64,000 bases of DNA, from the NCBI RefSeq assembly GCF_006345805.1, contig NC_042999.1:67828001-67892000 (forward strand), given 5' to 3'. Shown here piece after piece: positions 47,363 through 58,014 of the stretch. The first letter of the stretch is position 1; every line of letters begins with the position of its first letter. The notes under the pieces were generated by a model. It was not told the origin of the DNA, searched no databases, and saw only the letters and a list, made by a program, of their open reading frames with translations. The DNA comes from Octopus sinensis (taxonomy: Eukaryota). The translations under genes were made by a program, and so were the position numbers.

Positions 47363-48150
47363 AATGAGTTAAATTATACCTCACCATGCTTCTCAAAAAC
47401 TACCTCATAATAACAATTTTAATTTTTTAAAAAATGTTCCAAACTTTTGGCTACAGGTGTATACATATATCATCATTTAATGTCTTTTTCCTGACATGTG
47501 TTTGCCACTTCTGAAGGAGCTGGTGAGTCAGGGAACTGCACCAAACTTCAGTGTTTGCTTTGGTATGGTTTCTATGGCTGGATGATCCTACTAATGCTAA
47601 CCACTTTACAGAGTATACTGGGTGCTTTCCACATAGGACTGGCTCCAGTGAGGTCACCAAGTATCTTGTAAGACAAAAATCCCTTCAACTAAGAGGTGGG
47701 GAGTAGTACTGAGGGGGGTGATTCTGTTGCAGGTGATAAGGGGCTAAAATATGATAGAGGGACAGAAACAGGTGATTTGCTGCAGAGGTGATACATGGTT
47801 ATCTCAGGTGGGAGAGAAAGAAAGAGGATGGTGATGAGGATGTATCAGAGGGTAAGCTCAAGTTACAGAAAAGTGAATAAAGGGGAAGCGGTGGGTAAGT
47901 TTGTGGGAGTGTGAGAGGCAAGTGGCAGATAGATAGGAGTCACTGAATGTCCATTGATCGGATCGACTGGAACACATTGGATCACAACTGAAAGAGAGTC
48001 AGGAGGAACCATGCAAATGACAGCTGCTGCTCCTAGAGTCTGTTTCCATCATTCATTGTCATTCAGATCTCCATATATTCCACATACTTAACAGCATGCA
48101 GGGTGCACCATGCTGGCAAACACCCAAAATCCTCAAATTATATTAGTAAT

Positions 48151-48389
48151 ATGTTTCTTTATTAACCACAAGGGGCTAAACATAGAAGGGACAAACAAGG
48201 ACAGACAAACGAATTAAGTCAATTACATCGACCCAAGTGCGTAACTGGTACTTAATTTATCGACTCCGAAAGGATGAAAGGCAAAGTTGACCTCAGCGGA
48301 GTTTGAACTCAGAACGTAACGGCAGACGAAATAAATACGGCTACGCATTTCGCCCGGCATGCTAATGGTTCTGCCAGCTCACCGCCTTG
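48151..48389 (-). mobile_element. Young Deu/Nin-like SINE with 16-bp TSD (1 mismatch)
   Basis: aaattatatta(g/c)taat at 48135-48150 and 48390-48405. Confidence 0.9.
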
Positions 48390-48489
48390 AAATTATATTA
48401 CTAATTATCTTAGTAATAGTTAGCTACAAGTGAAAACCGTCTATTCGTGGGGTGGGCAGTGTGGACACACCTAACAGCAATGCATACAA

Positions 48490-48827
48490 TAGTGGTTCTC
48501 AACCATTTTTTATTTATTCATCCCTTTGGTTATTATTTTATTCTGGTGGACCCCAATTGCCATTCAATGTTTAAAAACTAGCTTTATAGAAACTTCTTTC
48601 AAAGTTCCTATTTTGTTTTCTTTTTAGCTTGTGTAGGTTGAACTGTGTAAAACATTACAGAAAGAAATCTTGCTATTTCTTGTAATAAATACATCTAAAA
48701 CGAAATCTTTTCAAGGACACTTAATAAACTATTATGGGGCCCTAATTTATTATCTTGCTTGTGTAGACCCCAAGAAATCTTATATGAATCCCTGGGGGTT
48801 GATATGGACCCCAGTTGAGAACCATGG
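48490..48827. mobile_element. hAT-like MITE
   Basis: TIR-like tagtggttctcaac ... gttgagaaccatgg. TSD not preserved. Confidence 0.6.
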
Positions 48828-49021
48828 ACTGCTTTTTCTCTGACTGAACCTATTCATGCCCTTCTACTGAATGACTGCTTTTTCTTATTCTATGTCTTTC
48901 AATTAGACCAGGAGTCAGAAGTTTGGTCCTCTGTGTACAGTCATCAACAGGGCAGAATGGAGAGAGAGTAGAAGCTTTATATACCAACTGGCAAGAAGTA
49001 GAGAGAAGAAAACAGAATCAA

Positions 49022-49622
49022 CATCGTCATCATCGTTTAATGCCCGCTCCCCATGCTGGCATGAGTTGGACAGTTTCACAACTGGCTAGCAGGGAGCTGT
49101 CCAGACTCCAATTGTCTGTTGTGGAATGGTTTCTACAGCTGGATGCCCTTCCTAATGCCAACCACTTAGCAGAATGTGTTGAATGCTTCTTACATGCTAC
49201 TGGCATGAGTGCAATTACATAGCACCAACATGGGTGCATTAATGCAGCACCAGCATGGGTGCGTTAATACAGTACCAGCATGGGTGCGTTAACGCAGCAC
49301 TGGCACGGGTGTGTTAATGCAGTACCAGCATGGGTGCGTTAACACAGTACCAGCATGGGTGCGTTAATGCAGCACTGGCACAGGTGCGTTAATGCAGTAC
49401 CAGCATGGGTGCGTTAACACAGTACCAGCATGGGTGCGTTAACGCAGCACTGGCACGGGTGCTTTTCAAGTGGCACCAGCACTTGAAAGGACAAGCCTGT
49501 ATGTGTGAAACAGCAATTTTACTTAGCTTGACATGTCTTATCAAGTACAGCAAATCACATCTCCCAGACCCTTGTCATTTCCTCAATGAGGCCCAGCATT
49601 CGAAGACCCTTTCCACATCATG
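49022..49622 (-). mobile_element. RTE 3' end with internal 25-bp minisatellite (49219-49468)
   Basis: Reverse complement of 49510-49622 matches 24580-24695 (ORF2 end). Ten 25-bp units lie in the UTR. Confidence 0.88.
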
Positions 49623-50032
49623 TAGTAATTCAGAAATGATGTTATTTAAAATGTTGAATTGTATATTTGAAGACAGTAATGGAAGTGTCATACTTGTGGC
49701 TTATCATGGAGGAGAAAATTCTTCAGAAAATCAAGTGTCTCCTTGACTTTGCCTTCTGAGCAGCATGAACCAAAAGTTAATACTGGCCAATTCCCGGCAC
49801 CACAAAGTTAAGAGTATTTGTTATTCAAGTAATGATATGTAGGTTGCTACTCTAGTCCTTTTGCAGGGATCATACAAAAAAGCTCCCATCAACTATTGTA
49901 TTTCTTGTATGTCTGCTTAGAAGAATTTGTTTGATTCCCATCTGCCTCAATCTATCACAGTTCATCAGTTTGTTGTTCTCTTGTAACAGCTTTTGACTAA
50001 TTTGATTGAAGCGGCATGACCTGTCCATTCAT

Positions 50033-50120
<88 letters not shown>

Positions 50121-50175
50121 TGTGGTGTGTGTGTGTGTGGTGTGGTGTGTGTGTGTGGTGTGTGTGTGTGTGTGT

Positions 50176-50214
<39 letters not shown>

Positions 50215-50699
50215 ACATCCAGTACATTGTGTAAAGTGGTTGACTTTAGGAAAGACATCCAGTTATAAAAACTGTGCTGAAGCAAACACTGGAAGTCTTT
50301 AGGCCCACTGGATCCTGTTGAACTGTTCAACCCATATCAGCATGGAACAGGGATGATAAATGATATTAACAATGATATATATGTGTGTATGTGTGTGTGT
50401 GTATAATTTTGGATTTTGATTGGGTAAAACCTTTGTGTGTTCCTTGTACATCACTCAGTATGAATTCTTGCTTATCTAAGCTTCAAGATCAGTAGTTAAT
50501 ATAACCATTCTATAAAAAATAAACCATTGGTGCAGAAAATCCAGGTACCAATTATTCATAGAATGAATTGGTATGTAATTTTTGAAGAGTAAGATAGAAG
50601 GCAAAGATGATGTTATTAGTATCAGTTACAATTGTTTCAGGACTAGTATAAAACAATGCATGCTTACCATTTACTATTCCAACCACAAATGTTATATAA

Positions 50700-50924
50700 T
50701 TCTTTTCTTTTATTCTTTTATTTCTTTCAGTCATTTGACAGCAGCCATGCTGGAGAACTGGCTTTAGTTGAGCAAATTGACCCCAGGACTTATTCTTTGT
50801 AAGCCTAGTACTTATTCTATCGGTCTCTCTTGCCGAACTACTAGGTGACGGGGATGTAAATACACCACCATTGGTTGTCAAACGACGTTGGGGGGACAAA
50901 CACAGACACACACACATATGCACG

Positions 50925-50971
<47 letters not shown>

Positions 50972-51000
50972 GACGGGCTTCTTTCAGTTTCCATCTACCA
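50700..51000 (-). mobile_element. Bipartite CORE-type SINE, truncated at 51000
   Basis: Homology to 13505-13915. Breaks off after ttccatctacca. Confidence 0.8.
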
Positions 51001-51939
51001 AGCACGCTGCGTGCTTAACTCAGGCACACTGCGTGCTTAACTCAGGCACACAACATGCTGTTAAACTCACAATTTTTTGATTGTGAAGAAGTTCTTATGA
51101 AATATTTTCAGTTCTACATTATTTCTGCCAATTTTGATTGAAGATTTCATTTTGAATAGAATGGTAAATTCTAAATGCACTGAAAATTAATTTTTATTAA
51201 TTATAAAAAATATTTGACAGAATAAGGATTCAGTCCCATTGTGCAGCACCTTGAGCAAGTGTCTTCTGCTATAGCCCAGGATGACCAAAGCCTTGTGAGT
51301 GGATTTGGTAGATGGAAACTGAAAGAAGCCCATTGCGTGTGTATGTGTGTGTACTCTTGTCTTATCATCACATGATGGTTGTAATTGAGTTAAGCAAAGG
51401 TATTTCATATAACATTGCTCCAGTGTACTCAGCTGAAACAGGGTATGAATTGGGTACTGGTGCAGTTGATACTCTCTCCCTCAGGCTGTAGTATCTTCAA
51501 TATTCAATTGATTCAAGGGTGGAAGACCTGAGCATGTATCTATGTCAGCCCACAACTACAATGATACCTAAAACTATTAGCATAACTATGAAACTTGCCA
51601 CCAACTCTTACTCACTCGGGAGTCACAGTTATGCTAGTGAAGCACAGAAAAGCAGTGACCATGATTTCACCCTCCACCCCACCCCACACTGCGCCGCCAC
51701 CACCACCACCACACGCATTTTGTTTCTATCATCCTTTGAGAGGTTCTTAGCGAGGTGGAAGGAACAGAGGCACTTGTCTTCAAACTAGAAACCTGACCTG
51801 GGTGCTTGCAACAGTGAATTCTGCTAAAAGCATTGAGGATGTCAAGTGATGGTGTCAAAGGGTAAACCTCCACCATCATCATCACCACCACCACACACAC
51901 CTGCACACTCAGAATGTAAAGAGCTGGTACAAATACCAG

Positions 51940-52160
51940 TTTCAAATTTTGACACAAGGCCAGCAATTTCAGGTGAGGGGTAAGTAGATTACATTACCCC
52001 ACTCCCCAGTGCTTAACCAGTTCTTATTTTATTGACCCTGAAAGGATAAGAGGCAAAGTCAACCTCAGTGAAATCGGAACTCAGAATGTAAAGACAGGTG
52101 AAATGCCACTAAGCAATTTGTCCAGCATGCTAAGGATTCTGCTAGCTTGCTGCCTTACCT
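51940..52160 (-). mobile_element. Old Deu/Nin-like SINE, almost fully CpG-decayed
   Basis: attgaccctg, gtcaacctcagtgaa, aatgtaaag and cttgctgcc sit where other copies have CpG. Confidence 0.8.
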
Positions 52161-52480
52161 GGAACAAATATTACAAAGTCTCTCATCTAATGTCCCAATA
52201 ATTCTGCTAATCTCCCACTCTGAAAAGGTACTTCATGTAATTGACCCCCAAAATGATGGAAAATAAAGTTTATCTTGGTATGATTTGAACTTAGTAGAAG
52301 TCATAATTATGATTGTGTACATTCTGTTACCCAGAGCATCTGGAAATTTGTGTTAATTTTGTTTTTCAACAGCTGATACAGGTTGTAATTACACTTTGGC
52401 ACAGCTAATCTATTTTAACTAACTTTAAAAAAATCACTGTCATCTTATTTAGTACTGTTTTTGATTTGTTCTTTTCTAAG

Positions 52481-52524
52481 TTGGTTCATGAAGTTTACGA
52501 AAATCTTCTCATGAAAATCACAAG
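52481..52524 (+). CDS. Candidate internal exon (LVHEVYENLLMKIT-R)
   Basis: Long pyrimidine tract ending ctaag, 44 nt, donor AG|GTATTT. Only one frame is open. Confidence 0.28.
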
Positions 52525-52751
52525 GTATTTCACATTTATTATAAAAAATATTGAATAAAAGTTCTATACAGTACTGGTTGGTAGAAAATATATATACATA
52601 GACCTTTTCTATTGGCATCAACAGCTAATGTAAAATTTTCTATGTACAACCCTAGATTAATCTCACTAAAATTTAATTTTATAAATGTGTGTGTACACAC
52701 ACACATACACACATATGTATGGAGAAAATTTGAATTTTTTTTTTCTCCCAG

Positions 52752-52794
52752 AAACATGTCTGCTTTCAAGGTTATACTATTGCAAACAGATTAA
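52752..52794 (+). CDS. Candidate terminal exon (NMSAFKVILLQTD*)
   Basis: Very strong acceptor ttttttttttctcccag. Phase-compatible with 52481-52524. AATAAA at 52871. Confidence 0.22.
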
Positions 52795-53168
52795 AAAATA
52801 GAGAGTGCATATGTTATGTCTTTGAGGGTGATAAAGAAAATCAATGAGGGAGAAAAAGGCAGTGTGGGAGAATAAAGAAATGAAAAAAGGGAGAACATAA
52901 AACAAGGGTGAGATGTGGTGTGAGAGAAAAAAAAGACAAAACACTAAATTTATATCAGAATTTAAATACCACACACACACACACAATCATGTAATCATCA
53001 TTACTGTTATTTTATGTCCAGTTTTGTGGTGGTTTGCATTGGAGAGGGTTATTGCTGCTCTCTTAAAGAGATTATGAGAGCACATCTTACCATAAGTTTC
53101 AATGAGAAAAGGCTGAGCTTTTGAATTGTCTATCTTAGACAAGTATTTTTTTGTTTATTGTTTATTGT

Positions 53169-53290
53169 GAAGGCGCGTGGCTTAGTGGTTAGGACATTCG
53201 GCTCACAATTGTAAGGTCGTGAGTTCGATTCCCAGCGATGCGTTGTGTCCTTGAGCAAGACACTTTATTTCATGTTGCTCCAGTTCACTC
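53169..53290 (+). mobile_element. 3'-truncated tRNA/CORE-type SINE between 118-bp direct repeats
   Basis: tggcttagtggtt (A box), gagttcgattccc (B box), tgtgtccttgagcaagacactt (CORE-like). Confidence 0.85.
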
Positions 53291-53506
53291 AGAGGGTTGT
53301 TGCTGCTCTCTTAAAGAGATTATGAGAGCACATCTTACCATAAGTTTCAATGAGAAAAGGCTGAACCCTTGAATTATCTATCTTAGACAAGTACTTTTTG
53401 TTTATTGTCTCTGATAGGATGTGAGATTTGAAAGAACACCAAGAGCTAAAATGAATACTGCAAGACATTCTGCCTAACATTTGAACTTTTGTGTTCAATT
53501 CTTTGC

Positions 53507-53546
<40 letters not shown>

Positions 53547-53972
53547 TATGTGTGTGTAAATACACATATGCACACAGACACATGCATACACATATATCAC
53601 ATTTTTAACGAAAACTTTTCCATGCTTGCATGTGCCAGCCAGAGTCTGTTGAGGCAGACTTTCTACACCTGGATGCCTTTCCTGTCACCAACTCTCACCG
53701 GTTTCAAAACAAGGTAATATTTTCCCATGGCTAGACATGTGTCTCGCAGAATATCGAAAATGAATGACACTGTTTGCGTCATTCATTACAACTGGTGTAT
53801 TATTTCAAGACAAGGAAACGCGAACATACATATACGCTCACACGAATATGACAGGCTTCTTTCAATTTCTGTCTACCAAATTCACTCACAAGACTTTGGC
53901 CAATTCAGAGCTTTAGTAGAAGATAGTTGCTGAAGGTATCTAAGCAGTGGTGCCCTGGACATTTTATATATA

Positions 53973-54439
53973 CAGTAATCACTCACCATGTCGAGGTTCA
54001 CCTGTTGTGCCTTCCAATATGTCGTGGATTTTTCAGGCTAATATATGTAAATTTCTGCAGGTGATGGTATTTATATATTTTTAGATTTATATATTTTTAG
54101 ATTTTAATTATTTCTGTGGTAAAATAAGCATTTTCATGCCTAAAAATTAATAAATTATTAAATAGGACTGCACTGTATAACACATTAATTGAAATATATT
54201 AAAAGGAAATACGTAGAGTACCATACGTGAGTAAACAAAGAATCGCACATACTGTATGGAAAACGAAACTCAAGAGGCAAGTTTGCGGTATTGTTTTGCA
54301 TTTATGATAAAATAAATATATACAAATCATAAAAATAATAAAATAAAATATACAGTTCAGTACTGTTTCTACTTTGCGGATTTTCACCTATTGCGGGGGT
54401 TTTTGGAATGTAACACCTGTGATAGTTGAGGGATTACTG
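53973..54439. mobile_element. Tigger/pogo-like MITE
   Basis: TA|cagtaatcactc ... gagggattactg|tg. Confidence 0.65.
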
Positions 54440-54526
54440 TGTATAAATAAATATATATATATACACATACGTACACATATGAAAATATATGGAGATGTAA
54501 AAATATCAATCATCTAAGACAAAGCA

Positions 54527-54650
54527 TTGTCCTCATCTCATTTGTTGTTAGCACATTTTGCCTGATGTACTCTCCAGCCTTCATCAGGTGTCCTGGGGGA
54601 ATTTCGAACCTGGGTTCTCATTCCTAAGGTATTTTTCCAATGTTGTTGTT

Positions 54651-54685
<35 letters not shown>

Positions 54686-54764
54686 TCAGGTTACTGCCTG
54701 GAATCGAACTTGGAATCTTGGGGTTAGTAGCCTGCGCACTTAACCACTATACCATATTCAGTGA

Positions 54765-54820
<56 letters not shown>

Positions 54821-54937
54821 TGGGAAAAATACCTTAGGAATGAGAACCCAGGTTCAAAATTCCCCCAAAACACCTGATGTAGGCTGGAGAGTACATCAGC
54901 CAAAATGCTGTGTTAACAACAAACAAGATGAGGATAA
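54527..54937 (-). mobile_element. tRNA-headed element with hammerhead-bearing tail, duplicated in inverted orientation
   Basis: Arms 54527-54696 and 54759-54937. The 62-bp loop is a tRNA-like head with A and B boxes. CUGAUGA-A-GGCUG..CAG(G/C)C motif occurs in both arms. Confidence 0.8.
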
Positions 54938-55002
54938 ATATCTGTCAAATGTAACTGATGTAAATAATTCATCTCTCAAATATAGAACTGTATCATCTAA
55001 AA

Positions 55003-55439
55003 CAGAGGTTCTCAACTTGAGTGGTACCAGCCCCAAAGGGGTGTTGGGCATGTCAAAGAGGGAATTAGGCTTTAGTGGGCAGTGAGGTAACATAATTACC
55101 ACACTAAATTTTACACCAATAGTAGTGATTATATTATACATGTTAAAACTAGTAAAGATTATTAAAATAAAATGAGATCACATCAAGCGCAGGGAAGTCA
55201 TTAACCTGCAATGTATAAAGTAAATTTTACAACATTCGACTGTATCAATTTTTTTATCATTTCACTGTTAAAAGTTTATACAATCCACTTTTAGAGTAAA
55301 ATTTATAAATTGTCATCTGAGTTAAGTTAGTTTAGCCATGATACCTCACTTGCCATTTGGATGGGTGCAAGGCATAACAAATACTTAAAAGGAAGACAGT
55401 GGGTGCAACAGAAAAAAAAAAACTGGCTAAGAACCACTG
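55003..55439. mobile_element. hAT-like MITE
   Basis: cagaggttctcaac ... gctaagaaccactg. Confidence 0.6.
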
Positions 55440-55583
55440 GTTCAAGGTTAATATGACTTGTGTCATATAAGCATTCAATGAAGATATGAAATGCAAAATT
55501 TATGTTGACATATCATTTTCTGGAAAGGAAGGAAAATTTCAAGAGAGGACAGCTTGTAATTCAGAAAGAAAATGTTAAATAAG

Positions 55584-55812
55584 GCGGTGAGCTGGCAGAA
55601 ACATTAGCACGCCGGACGAAGCGCTTAGCGGTATTTCATCTACCGTTACATTCTGAGTTCAAATTCCGCCGAGGTCGACTTTGCCTTTCATCCTTTCGGG
55701 ATCGATAAATTAAGTACCAGTTACGCACTGTGGTTGATGTAATCGACTTAAACCATTTGTCTGTCCTTGTTTGTCCCTTCTATGTTTAGCCCCTTGTGGG
55801 CAATAAATAAAT
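55584..55812 (+). mobile_element. Young Deu/Nin-like SINE with 18-bp TSD
   Basis: aagaaaatgttaaataag at 55566-55583 and 55813-55830. Confidence 0.9.
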
Positions 55813-56429
55813 AAGAAAATGTTAAATAAGTACAATTATATGCTTATATCGGTAAAAGTTTTATGTACAAAGGAAGCACTTATAAACACACACACACACG
55901 ATGGACTCTCCAGTCGAAGACAATGTATGAACGTTCAGCCTCCTGCCGAATGACCTGCACAAATGATTTGTTTATAGTGATCAAATGTATGTGATGTGAC
56001 ATTAGCTCACACTCTCCTTCAAATCGATGTTGTGAGAACAGGCGCATGGAGTGTATCATGCATCAAGTGTCAAAGTGATCGGGTGGGGGGCAACATGAAA
56101 TGAAGTGTTTTTGCTCAAGAACACATTGCACTACCAGGGCTAGGAAGTGAAAACATGATCTCGCAATCATAAGTGCAACATCCTAACCACAAAGCCATAC
56201 ACACACACACACATTGCAAGGTTCACTGACAACAAGTGGACCTGTCCAGTTGCTGCCGAGAGGTATCCAAGAGATTGGAAGAGGTCACTTGAAAGGCCTC
56301 AACGATGAGGATGGGGGTGATTTGGTCAAGCATTTTGGGTCAAGATGGAAAAAAAATGATGCAGTCAAGACAGAATTGGAAGCACATTGTGACCAGTGGT
56401 GTGTAACAGCATCTGCAAGCTTACTGTGA

Positions 56430-56707
56430 TGTGAGAGACATACACACACATATATATATATACATACATGTATATATATATCACACATATGTGTACATGT
56501 ATATACACATACACACACATGTATACCTATATACACACACGTGTACATACATATAAATGTACACACATATGTATCCAGATATACAAATGTACACACATAT
56601 GCATACATATATACAAATATACACGTGTATATATATATTTACAAATATACACGTGTATATGTATATACAATATATGCACACCCATATATATACGAATATA
56701 CACACAC

Positions 56708-56753
<46 letters not shown>

Positions 56754-56832
56754 CAAATATACACGTGTATATGTATATACAAATATATGCACACCCATAT
56801 ATATACGAAATACACACACCCATATATATATA

Positions 56833-56875
<43 letters not shown>

Positions 56876-56977
56876 AATATACACACATGTCTACACATGT
56901 TTGTATATCTTCTTTTATATCTTCTTTTATATATATGCACACCCATATATATACGAATATACACACACCCATATATA

Positions 56978-57018
<41 letters not shown>

Positions 57019-57065
57019 AATATACACACATGTCTACACATGTTTGTATATCTTCTTTTATTGTT
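56430..57065. repeat. (TA/CA)-based minisatellite with about 120-bp internal duplications
   Basis: atatatgcacacccatatatatacgaa occurs 3 times and acacatgtctacacatgtttgtatatcttctttta twice. Confidence 0.85.
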
Positions 57066-57069
57066 GAGG

Positions 57070-57400
57070 CATCCGACTGCAGCCATATAGTTCTGGGTTC
57101 AGTCCCACTGTGTGGCACCTTGGGCAAGTACCTTCTACTATAGCCTCAGGAAGACCCAAGCCTTGTTAGGGGATCTGATAGACGAAAACCAAAAGATATT
57201 CCGAATGTGTGTGTGTGTGTGTGTGTGTGTGTCCACCACTGCTTGACAACCGGTGTTGGTGCGTTTACGTTTCTAGCGGTTCGGCAAAGAGATCAATAAG
57301 AATAGAAAGTGCTGGTATCGAGTCATTCGACTAAAAAAAGAAAACATTCTTCACGGCATTGCCCCAGCACGACCACAGTCTGATGAATGAACAAGTAAAA
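57070..57400 (+). mobile_element. Diverged bipartite CORE-type SINE retaining CpGs
   Basis: CORE-like motif and 3' module with accggtg, gcgtttacg, gcggttcgg and atcgag intact. Confidence 0.75.
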
Positions 57401-57569
57401 GATATATAAATATCTCTCCAGGACTACCATAGGGGAGAAAAAAGTGTAGGTGGGGTAGGCTATATTCTTTAGTGAGATAGGAAGGGAAAGCCAGCCTTTG
57501 CGGCAGAAATAGAGAAGTGTGTGTGTGAAGTGGGGGAGAATAAAAAATGAAGACCTAGAACATGAGAAG

Positions 57570-57830
57570 AACGGCGGGCAAATCTAATAAGTGTTATATC
57601 GAGAAGTTAGGAACCAAACAGATAGAACAGCAAAGTATGACTGACTATAAAGAAAAAAAAATACATAAAATAAAAACAAAGTGTTTTAACAGTGAACTGG
57701 GGAATTTCTACTCCCACGGAATACTTCTCGTCCATTCTAGCCTCCCTCTACTTTTGTCTTGTACAAGATTTTTCGTGAACGAAGACTGCACGTTTCCGCC
57801 CTCCCCCGCACTTCAACATAGCGGGTAAAA
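57570..57830. promoter_or_regulatory. Candidate CpG-containing promoter-like segment
   Basis: Non-repeat, CpG-rich. GC box ccgccc near 57797 and E2F-like ggcgggcaaa near 57573. Confidence 0.25.
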
Positions 57831-58014
57831 CCCCTAATGTTTTTTTTTTTGTGGGGGGGGGGTTCTCTGTTTGTTTTCTAGACTGAAATTGGTTTTGCTG
57901 TTATTTTTAAATGAGAGATAAGATAAAGTTTTCAACATTCACGCCTTTCTAAAATTACCTTAATTGGGTGAGTTTTTATTTGGAGATTAATAATAAGAAT
58001 CGTTTTTTTTTTTT

